From NCBI GenBank assembly GCA_910584935.1, contig CAJUDU010000003.1, positions 7,617 through 71,616 of the forward strand: 64,000 nucleotides of DNA, in the 5' to 3' direction. This document shows positions 1-10,179 of the stretch, piece by piece (positions within the stretch are counted from its first letter, which is position 1; every line of letters starts with the position of its first letter). The notes under the pieces were generated by a model that saw only the letters and a program-made list of their open reading frames with translations, was not told the DNA's origin and did no database searches. Position numbers and translations under genes: made by a program. Origin of the DNA: an uncultured Butyricicoccus sp. (GTDB taxonomy: Bacteria; Bacillota; Clostridia; Oscillospirales; Butyricicoccaceae).

Positions 1-35
1 ACAAGCATCGCCGGATAAAAACATTTTCTTTTCAT
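1..35 (-). CDS. 5' fragment of a gene running off the window edge (MKRKCFYPAML...)
   Basis: ATG at 35-33 preceded by a GGGAG RBS-like sequence; basic N-terminus suggests a signal peptide; only 11 codons are visible. Confidence 0.45.
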   Translation of the reverse strand, partial: MKRKCFYPAML

Positions 36-182
36 AGGCTCCCTCTCGGCTCTTTTTTATTGCTAAAAAGAGTATAGCACAGATTCTATTAAATTCCACA
101 AAAGAAATCCTTAAAAATTCTTAAGAAAATCAAGATTCCTGCAAAAAATCATGTATAATTACATAACGGAGGCGATAACAAT

Positions 183-881
183 ATGAACCATATTCTGGTT
201 GTCGATGATAACCCGGAAATCCGTGAAATTTTGCATATCCTTTTAAGTGGCGAGGGGTATTGCATTGAGGAAGCATCCAATGGGATGCTGGCGCTGGACA
301 AACTGCATACACAGGATTTTGATTTAATTATCCTCGATATTATGATGCCTGGGCTGAATGGATATCAAACGTGCTTGGAAATACGGAAAACTAGTAATGC
401 ACCGATCTTATTTTTGAGTGCGAAAACAAAAGATGGGGATAAAACCCTTGGATTTTCTAGTGGTGGGGACGATTATCTAGCAAAGCCGTTTTCTTATAAT
501 GAGCTTATTAGCAGAGCAAAGGCACTTATCCGTCGTTATCAGGTTTATAAAGGCAAAGAAACGATTATGCCACCAGTTTCTTCCGTTTTACATTATGGTG
601 ATTTACAAGTGGATGAATCCAATCATTCAGTATTGCTGCATGGACAACCTGTCATATTAACAGATACAGAATATGCTGTGCTGGTTCTGCTGGTGAAAAA
701 CCGTGGGAAGGTTTATTCTGCGCAACAGCTTTATCAAACCATTTGGCAGGAACCCTATTATAATGGCGCAAATAACACTGTTATGGTACATATCCGGAAC
801 CTGCGCAAAAAAATTGAACCAGACCCGAAAAACCCTTCTGTCATTAAAACGGTATGGGGGAGAGGTTATTGTTGTGATTAA
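183..881 (+). CDS. OmpR/PhoB-family response regulator
   Basis: Receiver motifs ILVVDD, LDIMMP and KPF; winged-helix motifs VMVHIRNLRKKIE and IKTVWGRGY; GGAGG RBS. Confidence 0.95.
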   Translation: MNHILVVDDNPEIREILHILLSGEGYCIEEASNGMLALDKLHTQDFDLIILDIMMPGLNGYQTCLEIRKTSNAPILFLSAKTKDGDKTLGFSSGGDDYLAKPFSYNELISRAKALIRRYQVYKGKETIMPPVSSVLHYGDLQVDESNHSVLLHGQPVILTDTEYAVLVLLVKNRGKVYSAQQLYQTIWQEPYYNGANNTVMVHIRNLRKKIEPDPKNPSVIKTVWGRGYCCD

Positions 882-2238
882 AGCAATGCGAAAATGGAAA
901 ATACGCACACAGCTTTTGGTGGTGATTATTTTAGGTGGTGTATTGGCGATATGGTTATTTGGGTTTTTGTGGTACCATGAGCCGGACGTTTGGATTTTTT
1001 GTCAGAGGTTCCCCAGCCTTAGTTGGAATTCTGAAGCGTTTAAGGAGAAGTTACGGGAAAAGGCACAGGAAACCATTATCCCGGAAGATGACAGCTTAGA
1101 TGAAGAAGAAATTCAACTGGCCATGAAAGATTTCTTTGATTTGCGGGATGAATATACGAGTGTTTATCTTTATCATGCAGATGACCCAGAAGATAGCGTA
1201 TACCGGACATTTCTTGCTGGCGCTTATGCACCGATGATGGATAATATTGCAGAACGTAGTATTTTAGATATTGGATATCAGGTGACAGGTGGACGTGGGG
1301 AAATGTATTTTTCGGATGTCATGCAGTTTGCAAATAAAAAAGCAGAAGTTATGATTTATTCTTTCCACCGCTATAAAGTTGCATATCCATATTTTTTAAT
1401 TTCTTTTGTGTTAAGTGTTCTTACATTTTTATTTTGTGTCCTTGGGTTTATCAGTTGGAAAATGCGGGATATCCGTATATTAAAAGATGCAATCCTAGTT
1501 ATGGCAGAAGGAGATTTACAAAAAGAAATCCCCGCCTTTGGCGAGGATGAAATTGGCATATTGGCCCATGAATTAGACCACTTGCGGATAGCATTAGATT
1601 CTAATATCCGACAGGAAGAACAAAGCCGCAAAGCCAACCAGGATTTAATTACAGCAATATCCCACGATTTACGTACACCACTGACGATTTTAAATGGTTA
1701 TTTGGAGATTTTGCAGCTAGGGCGGACAGATTTACAGGCGGATTATTTACAGCGTTGTTTGCATAAAGTTGCAGATATCAAAGAAATGACAGATAAAATG
1801 TTTGAATATGCGCTGGTGTTTAAAGATAGTGAAAAACTCAGTTTGCAGCCGCTGCCGCTGCAATGGATAGAACAAAACTTAAATGAAAATTGTGATTTTA
1901 TTCGGCTTGCAGGGTTTCAAGTGCAATTAAACTGCCATATTCAGCAAGGGAATCTTCTCGCGGATGCCGTTATCCTGAAACGGGTGTTTAATAATTTATT
2001 TTCCAATATATTAAAATATGGAGATAAGAAGCAACAGGTCGTGATTACCTGTCTGGTAGAAAAACAAAAATTAAAAATTATATTTTTCAATACCATCAAA
2101 GAAGAACACAGCGGTACAGAAAGCAACCGCATCGGGCTGCGGAGTGTTGAAAAAATGATTGCAATGCACTATGGACAGTTATATGTTCTTGCAGAGCAAA
2201 ACACATTTATGGTAGAAATACAGCTTCCATTATTATAA
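874..2238 (+). CDS. Membrane sensor histidine kinase (2 TM, HAMP, HisKA, degenerate HATPase)
   Basis: H-box ISHDLRTPLT, HAMP DEIGILA, N-box NLFSNILKYG; likely start is GTG 874 or ATG 886 rather than 703. Confidence 0.9.
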   Translation: MIKAMRKWKIRTQLLVVIILGGVLAIWLFGFLWYHEPDVWIFCQRFPSLSWNSEAFKEKLREKAQETIIPEDDSLDEEEIQLAMKDFFDLRDEYTSVYLYHADDPEDSVYRTFLAGAYAPMMDNIAERSILDIGYQVTGGRGEMYFSDVMQFANKKAEVMIYSFHRYKVAYPYFLISFVLSVLTFLFCVLGFISWKMRDIRILKDAILVMAEGDLQKEIPAFGEDEIGILAHELDHLRIALDSNIRQEEQSRKANQDLITAISHDLRTPLTILNGYLEILQLGRTDLQADYLQRCLHKVADIKEMTDKMFEYALVFKDSEKLSLQPLPLQWIEQNLNENCDFIRLAGFQVQLNCHIQQGNLLADAVILKRVFNNLFSNILKYGDKKQQVVITCLVEKQKLKIIFFNTIKEEHSGTESNRIGLRSVEKMIAMHYGQLYVLAEQNTFMVEIQLPLL

Positions 2239-2244
2239 AGAAGG

Positions 2245-2279
2245 ATGAAAAAGCGCCTATTATCAGGCGCTTTTTTCAT
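2245..2279. terminator. Bidirectional intrinsic terminator
   Basis: AAAAAGCGCCT-attatc-AGGCGCTTTTT between convergent genes. Confidence 0.85.
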
Positions 2280-5242
2280 TATCTGAAATTACAGATTACC
2301 GAAGCAATTTCGGCACGGGTAATTTTTGCATTGGGGCGGATACTGCCATCTGTATAACCATTAAAGATACCAGCAGCAGTTACACAGCCTACGGCTTCTT
2401 TTGCCCAGGCAGCAATAGACTTGCTGTCTTTGAAGGAGGCAGGATTGCCAGCATAGCCTTTTGGCAGGCATCTTGCAATAACGCTCATTGCTTCGGCACG
2501 GGTGATTTCCGCATTAGGATTGAATTTTACAGTACCAGAAGTGCTGGCTTGCCCGCTCATTACATTAGCGCGCACCACAGCAGCAATAGATGACTTTGCC
2601 CATTTGGGCAGGGAAGCGGCATCTGTAAAAGGAAGCGCTATATCACCAGATGTATCAAGTTCCAGGACATTTGCCATTAGCACGGCAAATTCACTACGGC
2701 TGAGGTTTTTATTTGGGTTAAAACGCATGGTACCATTGGAAAGTTTCTCTCCATTCATGATCCCACGGTCGGATAGCAAGTTAATATATCCAGCAGCCCA
2801 TGATGTGCTGATATCGGTAAATTTTGAAGTAGTACGGCTGCCCGCTGTGACAGTAACAGCTTTTCGGCTGCGGTTGCCTGCATCATCTTCCGCTTCAATG
2901 ATGATAACATGGGAACCAGCGGAGAGCGCTTCTGTTTTCACATCAATGGCTGCGGTTGAGGTGAAATAAGATGTATTAACGGCGTTTCCATCAACAAAAG
3001 CATGGACGCGGTCTGGGTGCAGAGGGGAAGAGTCGTGGTCTTGTGTGATGCGGGCTGTTACATAAGCACTTTGTCCAGCATCAACTGTTGTTTTGCTGTC
3101 TGTAATCGTGATAGCAGGCGCATCAGTATTCACTGCGGCATATTCACTTAGCAAGATATGGTCAAGATATAGCGTTCCGCCACTGGCATGGGATAAACGA
3201 AGCCCAATTAAAGATGCAGCATTTTTGGGAACTTCAGCTTGAAGCTGTCGGTATGTGGATTGTACAGAAATACTGCATGGGACAGCAATTTCATTACCCG
3301 CTGCATCATGGAATATGACAGCAAGGTCACCGCTGCCAGCAGACAGCTTTGCCCATAAGGTAAAAGCGGATTTTCCGTTTACGCTTGTTTCCGGTAAAAC
3401 GAGATCGGCTGTATTTCCTTCATAAACGGCAGCAAGTGCGCTATAGCCACGGGAAACGTGTTCTGGAGCTTCTGTTAAGGAAAGGGCTGCATTGGACGAG
3501 GAAAAAGGCTGTTCATCTTCAAAATCCGCAATGGACATTAAATCCTGTGGTTCTCCCATACCGATCGAAACAGAAACCGATTTAGAAACGCCATAGCAGG
3601 AAACATTAATTTTACCTGTGCCAGATCGGGTGGCTGTAAACAATCCATCTGCGGAAACGGTGCCAATATTGCCGGAAACACTCCAAACCATTTGTGAATT
3701 AAGGGATGCAATAGAAATCCCATTGCGGTAAACCACAGCATCAATTTGTGCGGTATCGCCTGCCTGCATGGATAAGGAAGAAACAGCTTTGCCGTCTTTC
3801 AAAAGGGACATGGCAGTTGGTTCATCTGTTACAAATAAATCCATACTGCCAGCAGCATTGCCAGCGGCAGCATTTACTTTGACACTGCCAGGTTCCAAAG
3901 GCGCGGTATATTTCCCAGCTACGGCACTGCCTGCGGAAGCAGAATAAGTGATTGTTTCAGCTGTGGTGGTTTTGTTATAACTATTGTCCAGCGCAGTGAC
4001 TGTAAAATCCACTGTGCCGCCTGGTAAGACATAATGGGTGGAAGGTTCTAAGTGAAGATAAGCAGGGATGCCATCTGGTGACGCATTGTTTATAAGAAAA
4101 ATAAATGTGGAACACCGGCGCTCGCTACCATCAGAAGGGCGGGTAACCGTTGCAGTTTTGCCAGCAGAAGGGTTTTTGACGGTCAGTGCAGAAGAACCGC
4201 CACCATCTAAAGCAACAGCAGAAACACATCCAAGCCCAGTAAGCTCATCGGCTAATTGTTTCGCCGTTAATCCTTTGCTGTAACTCGAATTTAGCCCATC
4301 AACTTCGTAAATCACAACACTGCCATCATTTTTAACGCCAACAGCAGAACGGGCGGTTGCGGATGAACCTGAATCGATGCCATTTGTGGTGACGTTGCCA
4401 TTTAGCATCAGTTTTTTGCCGCCAACCGCATATAATACATCGCCCCAGCGTGCATCATTGGTTTCAAAGTTGATGGTAATCTTCTCACCAATCTGAAAAT
4501 CAACCCAAGGCATACTGGTGCAGTCATCCCGGCGGGAAAGAATCATTTGGTTTTCCCCAATTGCAAAGGAATCACTCCCAGCCACTTTATCAACGACAGT
4601 GAGTGTAATTGGTTGTCCAATTTTTAAAGTAGAAAAGTCATCATATTCCATAATGATGCTTTGCCCGGCAGATGCAAAATGCGTGCTGTTAGAATAATAA
4701 CGGTCCAGCAGGACAAGCCCACGGTCAGTACGTGTTTTATTATAATCAAAAACAGCAATCCGTCCGCTGTCACCGGAAACAACAATATTGGTAATCGGGT
4801 CGCCGATAATGGCAGAGCCATCCGGCATAAAGCCTACAGCGGCTTCCCAGTCAGTGGAAGTAATGACGCGCCCATTATCGATAAATAATCCTGTTGGTAC
4901 GCCATCTGAAAAAGAGAAAAAGTCTGCATTGATGCCGCCAAGCACATCGTAGCCACGTTCAGATAAGGAAGCTGCGGCTTGTGAAAGCGATAAGCGGCTG
5001 CCATAAAACTGGTTGCCAGACCGAACGCCGATAGGGGATACAGCGCTGTTTGGCATATATGTAAGGATAGAAGCTTTTTGCAGCCCGTTGGCATTATAGC
5101 CTTCCTGACGAGAATAGGTTGTCCCAGAACCGATTGGATAAGAATAGGTAAACCCACCAGTTAAAGCAGACGCTGAGCCGGTAGAAAAAACAGCGCAGAT
5201 TAAACAGCCTGCGAGAATTCGTTTTGCCTTTGAGAAAATCAT
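2279..5242 (-). CDS. Secreted surface protein: phosphodiester glycosidase (NAGPA-like) domain, Ig-like repeats, C-terminal SLH domains
   Basis: Signal peptide; GGINADFF, ARSAVG and ALDGGGSS motifs; three SLH-like repeats (LSRSEFA, ITRAEA, ITRAEIA); start set at ATG 5242. Confidence 0.85.
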   Translation of the reverse strand: MIFSKAKRILAGCLICAVFSTGSASALTGGFTYSYPIGSGTTYSRQEGYNANGLQKASILTYMPNSAVSPIGVRSGNQFYGSRLSLSQAAASLSERGYDVLGGINADFFSFSDGVPTGLFIDNGRVITSTDWEAAVGFMPDGSAIIGDPITNIVVSGDSGRIAVFDYNKTRTDRGLVLLDRYYSNSTHFASAGQSIIMEYDDFSTLKIGQPITLTVVDKVAGSDSFAIGENQMILSRRDDCTSMPWVDFQIGEKITINFETNDARWGDVLYAVGGKKLMLNGNVTTNGIDSGSSATARSAVGVKNDGSVVIYEVDGLNSSYSKGLTAKQLADELTGLGCVSAVALDGGGSSALTVKNPSAGKTATVTRPSDGSERRCSTFIFLINNASPDGIPAYLHLEPSTHYVLPGGTVDFTVTALDNSYNKTTTAETITYSASAGSAVAGKYTAPLEPGSVKVNAAAGNAAGSMDLFVTDEPTAMSLLKDGKAVSSLSMQAGDTAQIDAVVYRNGISIASLNSQMVWSVSGNIGTVSADGLFTATRSGTGKINVSCYGVSKSVSVSIGMGEPQDLMSIADFEDEQPFSSSNAALSLTEAPEHVSRGYSALAAVYEGNTADLVLPETSVNGKSAFTLWAKLSAGSGDLAVIFHDAAGNEIAVPCSISVQSTYRQLQAEVPKNAASLIGLRLSHASGGTLYLDHILLSEYAAVNTDAPAITITDSKTTVDAGQSAYVTARITQDHDSSPLHPDRVHAFVDGNAVNTSYFTSTAAIDVKTEALSAGSHVIIIEAEDDAGNRSRKAVTVTAGSRTTSKFTDISTSWAAGYINLLSDRGIMNGEKLSNGTMRFNPNKNLSRSEFAVLMANVLELDTSGDIALPFTDAASLPKWAKSSIAAVVRANVMSGQASTSGTVKFNPNAEITRAEAMSVIARCLPKGYAGNPASFKDSKSIAAWAKEAVGCVTAAGIFNGYTDGSIRPNAKITRAEIASVICNFR

Positions 5243-5261
5243 ATTGGAATCCCTTCTAAGA

Positions 5262-6650
5262 TTAGATACATTGCAGCAAACTGTCAATCAGTTCGCTCAG
5301 CTTGGGGCTGCGCACAGATTTATCTGCTGCATGGCGGTAAATGTTTTTACGGGAATTATATAAACGGCGAGTTTCTGCCAGCTTATTCCCGCTTTTGTCC
5401 AGCAAAGGACGACTGGTCGAGTTGGAAAGGTTTTTTATAATTCGGAAAAATGGTGTATCCAAATGAATTAAAAAACCATTTTCCTTGATAATTTCTACAT
5501 TTTCTGGGCGCAGTATGGCGCCGCCGCCAAGCGAAATCACTGCACCATCTGTTTTGCAAATTTCACGCAGATATTTGGTTTCCAAATCGCGGAATGCTTG
5601 TTCACCATCTGAGGCAAAAATGTCTGAAATTTTCCGATTTTCTTTTTCTTCCAGATAGATATCTGCATCAATATGTTTGAAGCCAGTCAAGCGGGACAGT
5701 CTGCGTCCTACTGTTGTTTTGCCGCTGCCCATAAATCCGCAAAGTACAAGGTTGCGTTTATGATGTTTTTCATGTAAACGTTTGACTGCCATTTTTGCAA
5801 GAACCCGCCGATGGATGCTGTCACAAGTGGAGGGATCAAATTGGGTGCCATTCCAAATGGTTTGTGCTGCTGCTGCTTGCATAATCAGCATATAAAGTCC
5901 ATTGCGTACACGGGTTTTTCGACTGTGTGCCAAACACATGACCGAGGTAAGCGGGGGATTATAAATTGCATCAAAAACATATTCAGTTTTATGCGGCAGG
6001 AAGTATAGAGGTGTCTTCTCTTCGTGTGGGAACATACCAAGCGGTGTGCCATTGATGATAATCTGGGTATCTTTTGGAATATGACGACGTGTACACACAC
6101 CAATTTTGGCATGGGGAAATGTACATAGAAGCTGTGTGCGCAGTGCGCGGGCTTTATCTAAACTACGTCCTGTGATAAATAAATGTGCACCAGAAGCAAC
6201 ACAGTGATATGCCATTACTGCAGCTGCGCCACCATAGCCCAGCAGCACAGTTTTGCGTCCACGCAGTTCCACATTGTCCTTTTCTAGCGTTGCCGCAAAC
6301 CCAAAAATGTCGGTATTATAGCCGATTGATCTGCCATTTTTGAAGTGGATGGTGTTTACAGAATGCAGCCCGGCAGCATTTGGCTCCACTTCGTCCAGCA
6401 AAGGAATAACAGATTTTTTATGTGGAATTGTCACATTGATACCCTGCAATTTTTCTTGTGCCAGTTTTAATGCTTCTTCTAAATCTTCGGGCGGTACAGC
6501 AATGGCAATATAATCAGCCTCTATATGGGCGGCATCAAAAAGCTGCGCATGGAGTTCAGGACTCATCGTATGCCCAAGCGGCCAGCCGAATAAACCATAG
6601 GTAGAGCGCTTGGGCGTAAATTGGCGAAACTGCTCCAATGAATAGATCAT
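5262..6650 (-). CDS. aroE-aroK: Fused shikimate dehydrogenase and shikimate kinase
   Basis: N-terminal GWPLGHTMSP, NVTIPHK, NTD; C-terminal P-loop GFMGSGKTT, GEQAFR, RPLL in a single ORF. Confidence 0.92.
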   Translation of the reverse strand: MIYSLEQFRQFTPKRSTYGLFGWPLGHTMSPELHAQLFDAAHIEADYIAIAVPPEDLEEALKLAQEKLQGINVTIPHKKSVIPLLDEVEPNAAGLHSVNTIHFKNGRSIGYNTDIFGFAATLEKDNVELRGRKTVLLGYGGAAAVMAYHCVASGAHLFITGRSLDKARALRTQLLCTFPHAKIGVCTRRHIPKDTQIIINGTPLGMFPHEEKTPLYFLPHKTEYVFDAIYNPPLTSVMCLAHSRKTRVRNGLYMLIMQAAAAQTIWNGTQFDPSTCDSIHRRVLAKMAVKRLHEKHHKRNLVLCGFMGSGKTTVGRRLSRLTGFKHIDADIYLEEKENRKISDIFASDGEQAFRDLETKYLREICKTDGAVISLGGGAILRPENVEIIKENGFLIHLDTPFFRIIKNLSNSTSRPLLDKSGNKLAETRRLYNSRKNIYRHAADKSVRSPKLSELIDSLLQCI

Positions 6651-6652
6651 TT

Positions 6653-7933
6653 TTACATTTTCCCTTCTAACTTTTTTAGTGTGTCAAAGAAATCAGGATA
6701 AGATATTGCTGTAATTTCTGGGTTTAAGATATCGCTTTGCCCTTCACAGCCAAGCGCACATACTGCCATACTCATTGCAACTCGATGGTCGTTAAATGAT
6801 GCAAAGGATGCACCATGTAATGGGTGTCCGCCATCAATTACCATACCATCTTCTGTTTCACGTATTTTTGCACCCGCTTTAGAAAGTTCGCTGACCATGA
6901 CAGCAATCCGGTTAGATTCCTTGACTTTTAGTTCCTGTGCATCACGTATGACGGTTTGCCCCTCTGCAAAAGCAGCAGCAACAGCAAGTATTGGCAGTTC
7001 ATCAATTAGGCGTGGGATAATCTCTCCAGCAATGATTGTGCCATGCAGTTTTGTAGAACGTGCTGTCAAATCACAAACAGGCTCTGCGTTATTATGGTGG
7101 TTGGAAATGGTAATATCAGCCCCCATATCACGCAGGGCATCCAAAATGCCAGTGCGGGTTGGATTAATACCTACATTTTGAATGGTGATTTCAGAATTAG
7201 GGACAATGGATGCAGCAACAAGGAAAAATGCTGCGGAAGAAATATCTGCTGGGACAGCAATATCTTTTGAAATCAGATTTCGGGGTGGGATAAGAGTAAC
7301 ATGATTGTTCTCGGACTGTACTTCAGCGCCTAACGCACGCAGCATCCGTTCTGTATGATCGCGGGAGGGGGCTGGTTCAATAATATGGGTTGGGCTGTTT
7401 GCGTATAACCCAGCAAGCAAAATTGCGCTTTTGAGTTGTGCGGAAGCAACAGGTAATGTATATGAAATACCGCGCAGGGAAGGGACAGGATGGATTTTTA
7501 AGGGGCAATAATTTTGATGAATGCCCGTAATATCCGCCCCCATTTGACGTAGTGGGGTCATGATACGTCCCATGGGGCGTTTTTGAATCGAGGCATCGCC
7601 AGATATTTGGACAGGGAACGGTTGCCCTGCCAATATGCCGCAAAGCAAGCGGGTGGTCGTCCCTGAATTGCCTGTATATAGTGCTTTATCTGGTTGTTTT
7701 AGCCCATGCAGCCCAGCACCATGGACAAGGACTTCATGTTCAGTGGTTTCAATTTGCACACCCATATGGCGGAAACAATCAATCGTAGACAGGCAGTCTT
7801 CACCCATCAGGAAACCTGTGATATGCGTATCACCATCAGCCAATGCGCCAAGCATTACAGCACGATGGGAAATGGATTTGTCGCCGGGCACAGTAATTGT
7901 ACCATGTAGCCCAGCAGATTGAGAAAGATACAT
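6653..7933 (-). CDS. aroA: EPSP synthase
   Basis: PGDKSISHRA, GNSGTTTR, ASAQLKS, KESNRI, DHRVAM. Confidence 0.97.
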   Translation of the reverse strand: MYLSQSAGLHGTITVPGDKSISHRAVMLGALADGDTHITGFLMGEDCLSTIDCFRHMGVQIETTEHEVLVHGAGLHGLKQPDKALYTGNSGTTTRLLCGILAGQPFPVQISGDASIQKRPMGRIMTPLRQMGADITGIHQNYCPLKIHPVPSLRGISYTLPVASAQLKSAILLAGLYANSPTHIIEPAPSRDHTERMLRALGAEVQSENNHVTLIPPRNLISKDIAVPADISSAAFFLVAASIVPNSEITIQNVGINPTRTGILDALRDMGADITISNHHNNAEPVCDLTARSTKLHGTIIAGEIIPRLIDELPILAVAAAFAEGQTVIRDAQELKVKESNRIAVMVSELSKAGAKIRETEDGMVIDGGHPLHGASFASFNDHRVAMSMAVCALGCEGQSDILNPEITAISYPDFFDTLKKLEGKM

Positions 7934-7937
7934 TATT

Positions 7938-9080
7938 TTATTCCTCCGGTGCAGAAGTAATATGATAACTGCCAAGCAAACGGAATGAAGAAAGTTCCTC
8001 AGAAAGCTGGAATATCAAGGAACGGACATTTTCACTGACCAAACTGCCTTCAAAATCCGCATGAAAGCGGTAATTCCATGGTGTTTCCGGCAAGGGACGC
8101 GAATGGATTTCAGTTAAGTTGACATTGTGGTCAGAAAACATGGAGAGAACAGAAGAAAGCGTACCTTGATGATGTGGCAGGGTAAAGATAATGCTGACAC
8201 GGTTATCCTCTGGCTGGGCGGAAAGCTGCCGACTGACCGCAATAAACCGGGTTTGGTTTGTCTTATCATCATTGATAGCGGCTGCCAGCACTTGAAGCCC
8301 ATAGAGTTTTGCTGCATCTTCTGAACAGATTGCAGCACGTGTTGGGTTATTCCAATCCCGCACCTGTTGCGCAGCAACTGCGGTGTTTGCTGCTTTACAA
8401 CGTTCCAGCCCATGTGATTTTAAGTATTGCTGGCATTGATCCAGTGCAGGTTCGATAGAATATGCTTGTTTAATGGTATCCATTGTTGCATTTGGACATC
8501 CTGCCAAGCAATGGCGGATATAATTGATATGGGAATGTGAAATATATAGGTTATATTTCACCAGCAGGTCACAGGTTTCATTAATGGTGCCGATGGATGA
8601 ATTTTCAATTGGGATAACGCCAAGGTCTGCATTCCCTTGTGCAACATGGCGGAATACATCTTCAAATGTTGCAACGTGATGCAGCTTTGCCCCATTAGAG
8701 AACATATATTGTGCCGCCTGCGATTGATAAGAAGCAGGCAGCCCCTGATAGACAACATTTTTGGGGGAATTTATTCTTTCCTGCAATGGAAGGGATAAGA
8801 TAGAAGGGTTTTGCGCTAAAATACGGCTGTATTGGTGCATTCGGCTAACTCGGATAATACCCTTTAACATCGAAACATATTCAGGCTGTAAATTATCTGG
8901 TATCCGTTCGCACATCATTTCAAGCAATGCTTGTTCACGGTCTGGTTTCAGCACCCGGTCGCCGGTTACAATTTTATAATCAGCAACTTGCTCAGAAAGT
9001 GCCATCCGCTTTAAGAACAGCTTTTGCATCTCATTGTCAATTTGGTTGATATCAAGGCGGATTTCATTCAGTTCGCGCAT
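7938..9080 (-). CDS. pheA: Chorismate mutase / prephenate dehydratase with ACT domain
   Basis: N-terminal CM (IRLDINQID...KR), PIENSS, NQTRF, NLTEIHSRP. Confidence 0.93.
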   Translation of the reverse strand: MRELNEIRLDINQIDNEMQKLFLKRMALSEQVADYKIVTGDRVLKPDREQALLEMMCERIPDNLQPEYVSMLKGIIRVSRMHQYSRILAQNPSILSLPLQERINSPKNVVYQGLPASYQSQAAQYMFSNGAKLHHVATFEDVFRHVAQGNADLGVIPIENSSIGTINETCDLLVKYNLYISHSHINYIRHCLAGCPNATMDTIKQAYSIEPALDQCQQYLKSHGLERCKAANTAVAAQQVRDWNNPTRAAICSEDAAKLYGLQVLAAAINDDKTNQTRFIAVSRQLSAQPEDNRVSIIFTLPHHQGTLSSVLSMFSDHNVNLTEIHSRPLPETPWNYRFHADFEGSLVSENVRSLIFQLSEELSSFRLLGSYHITSAPEE

Positions 9081-10167
9081 AACCATGGCCCTCCAAATAA
9101 AGATCGGTTAATGCAATGGCAGCAGCAGCTTCTATTACTGGCGCAGCACGTGTCACAATACAAGGGTCATGCCGCCCATGGATGCACAGTTCTTCCATTT
9201 CGCCGCTTGATAGATTCAGAGTACGCTGTGGTTTCGAGATGGAAGGTGTCGGTTTGATAGCAACACGGAAAAGTAGTGGCATTCCACTTGTGATACCGCC
9301 TAATATGCCGCCATTATGATTGGTTTCAGTAACGACTTTTTCACCTTCAGCAAGGGTAAAGGCATCGTTTGCATGAGAGCCGCGAAATTCCGTAAACCCA
9401 AACCCGACACCAAATTCCACACCTTTAACAGCAGGTACAGAAAACAGCAAGGAAGATAGCCGTCCTTCCACAGTATCCAGCATAGGACTGCCTAGTCCTG
9501 CGGGCATCCCAACAGCAGCACATTCAATGACACCGCCAACAGAATCCCCATCCATACGGGCTTCTTCAATTGCAGCCAGCATTGCCTTTTCAGCAAGCGG
9601 GTTGATAACTGGATAAGGTTGGTTACATAACTGCTCTAGTTGTTCGACATTTACTTCAATATCATCAAATGGGGTATCTTGAATCTGGGCAATAGATTGA
9701 ATATGCGCACCAACAGAAATCCCTTTTGTTTTCAGATACAGCTTACACAGTGCCCCTGCGAATACCAACGGCGCTGTCAGCCTGCCGGAAAAATGCCCGC
9801 CGCCACGTGGGTCATTATAACCGCCAAAACGAACAAGCCCCGTATAATCCGCATGGCCTGGGCGGGGTTGGGCAGAAAAGTCCTTATAATCGCCTGAGCG
9901 GGTATCTGTATTTTCGATAATAGCACAAATAGGTGTGCCAGTTGTATAGCCCTGATAAATGCCAGAAAGGATTTTCGGGATATCTGCTTCTTTTCGCGCT
10001 GTGGATTGTTTATTTTTCCCGGGGGCGCGGCGTGCCATTTCATGAAGGACAAAAGCTTCATCAAAGGGCAGCCCTGATGAGAATCCATCAAGCACCACAC
10101 CAATACCGCCGCCATGGGACTCACCAAAAATAGAAACTTTTAATGCATTTCCCCACACAGAACCCAT
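9064..10167 (-). CDS. aroC: Chorismate synthase
   Basis: FGESHG, RPGHAD, GGGHFSGR, GRHDPC. Confidence 0.97.
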   Translation of the reverse strand: MGSVWGNALKVSIFGESHGGGIGVVLDGFSSGLPFDEAFVLHEMARRAPGKNKQSTARKEADIPKILSGIYQGYTTGTPICAIIENTDTRSGDYKDFSAQPRPGHADYTGLVRFGGYNDPRGGGHFSGRLTAPLVFAGALCKLYLKTKGISVGAHIQSIAQIQDTPFDDIEVNVEQLEQLCNQPYPVINPLAEKAMLAAIEEARMDGDSVGGVIECAAVGMPAGLGSPMLDTVEGRLSSLLFSVPAVKGVEFGVGFGFTEFRGSHANDAFTLAEGEKVVTETNHNGGILGGITSGMPLLFRVAIKPTPSISKPQRTLNLSSGEMEELCIHGRHDPCIVTRAAPVIEAAAAIALTDLYLEGHGYARTE

Positions 10168-10179
10168 AGTAGTGCCTCC

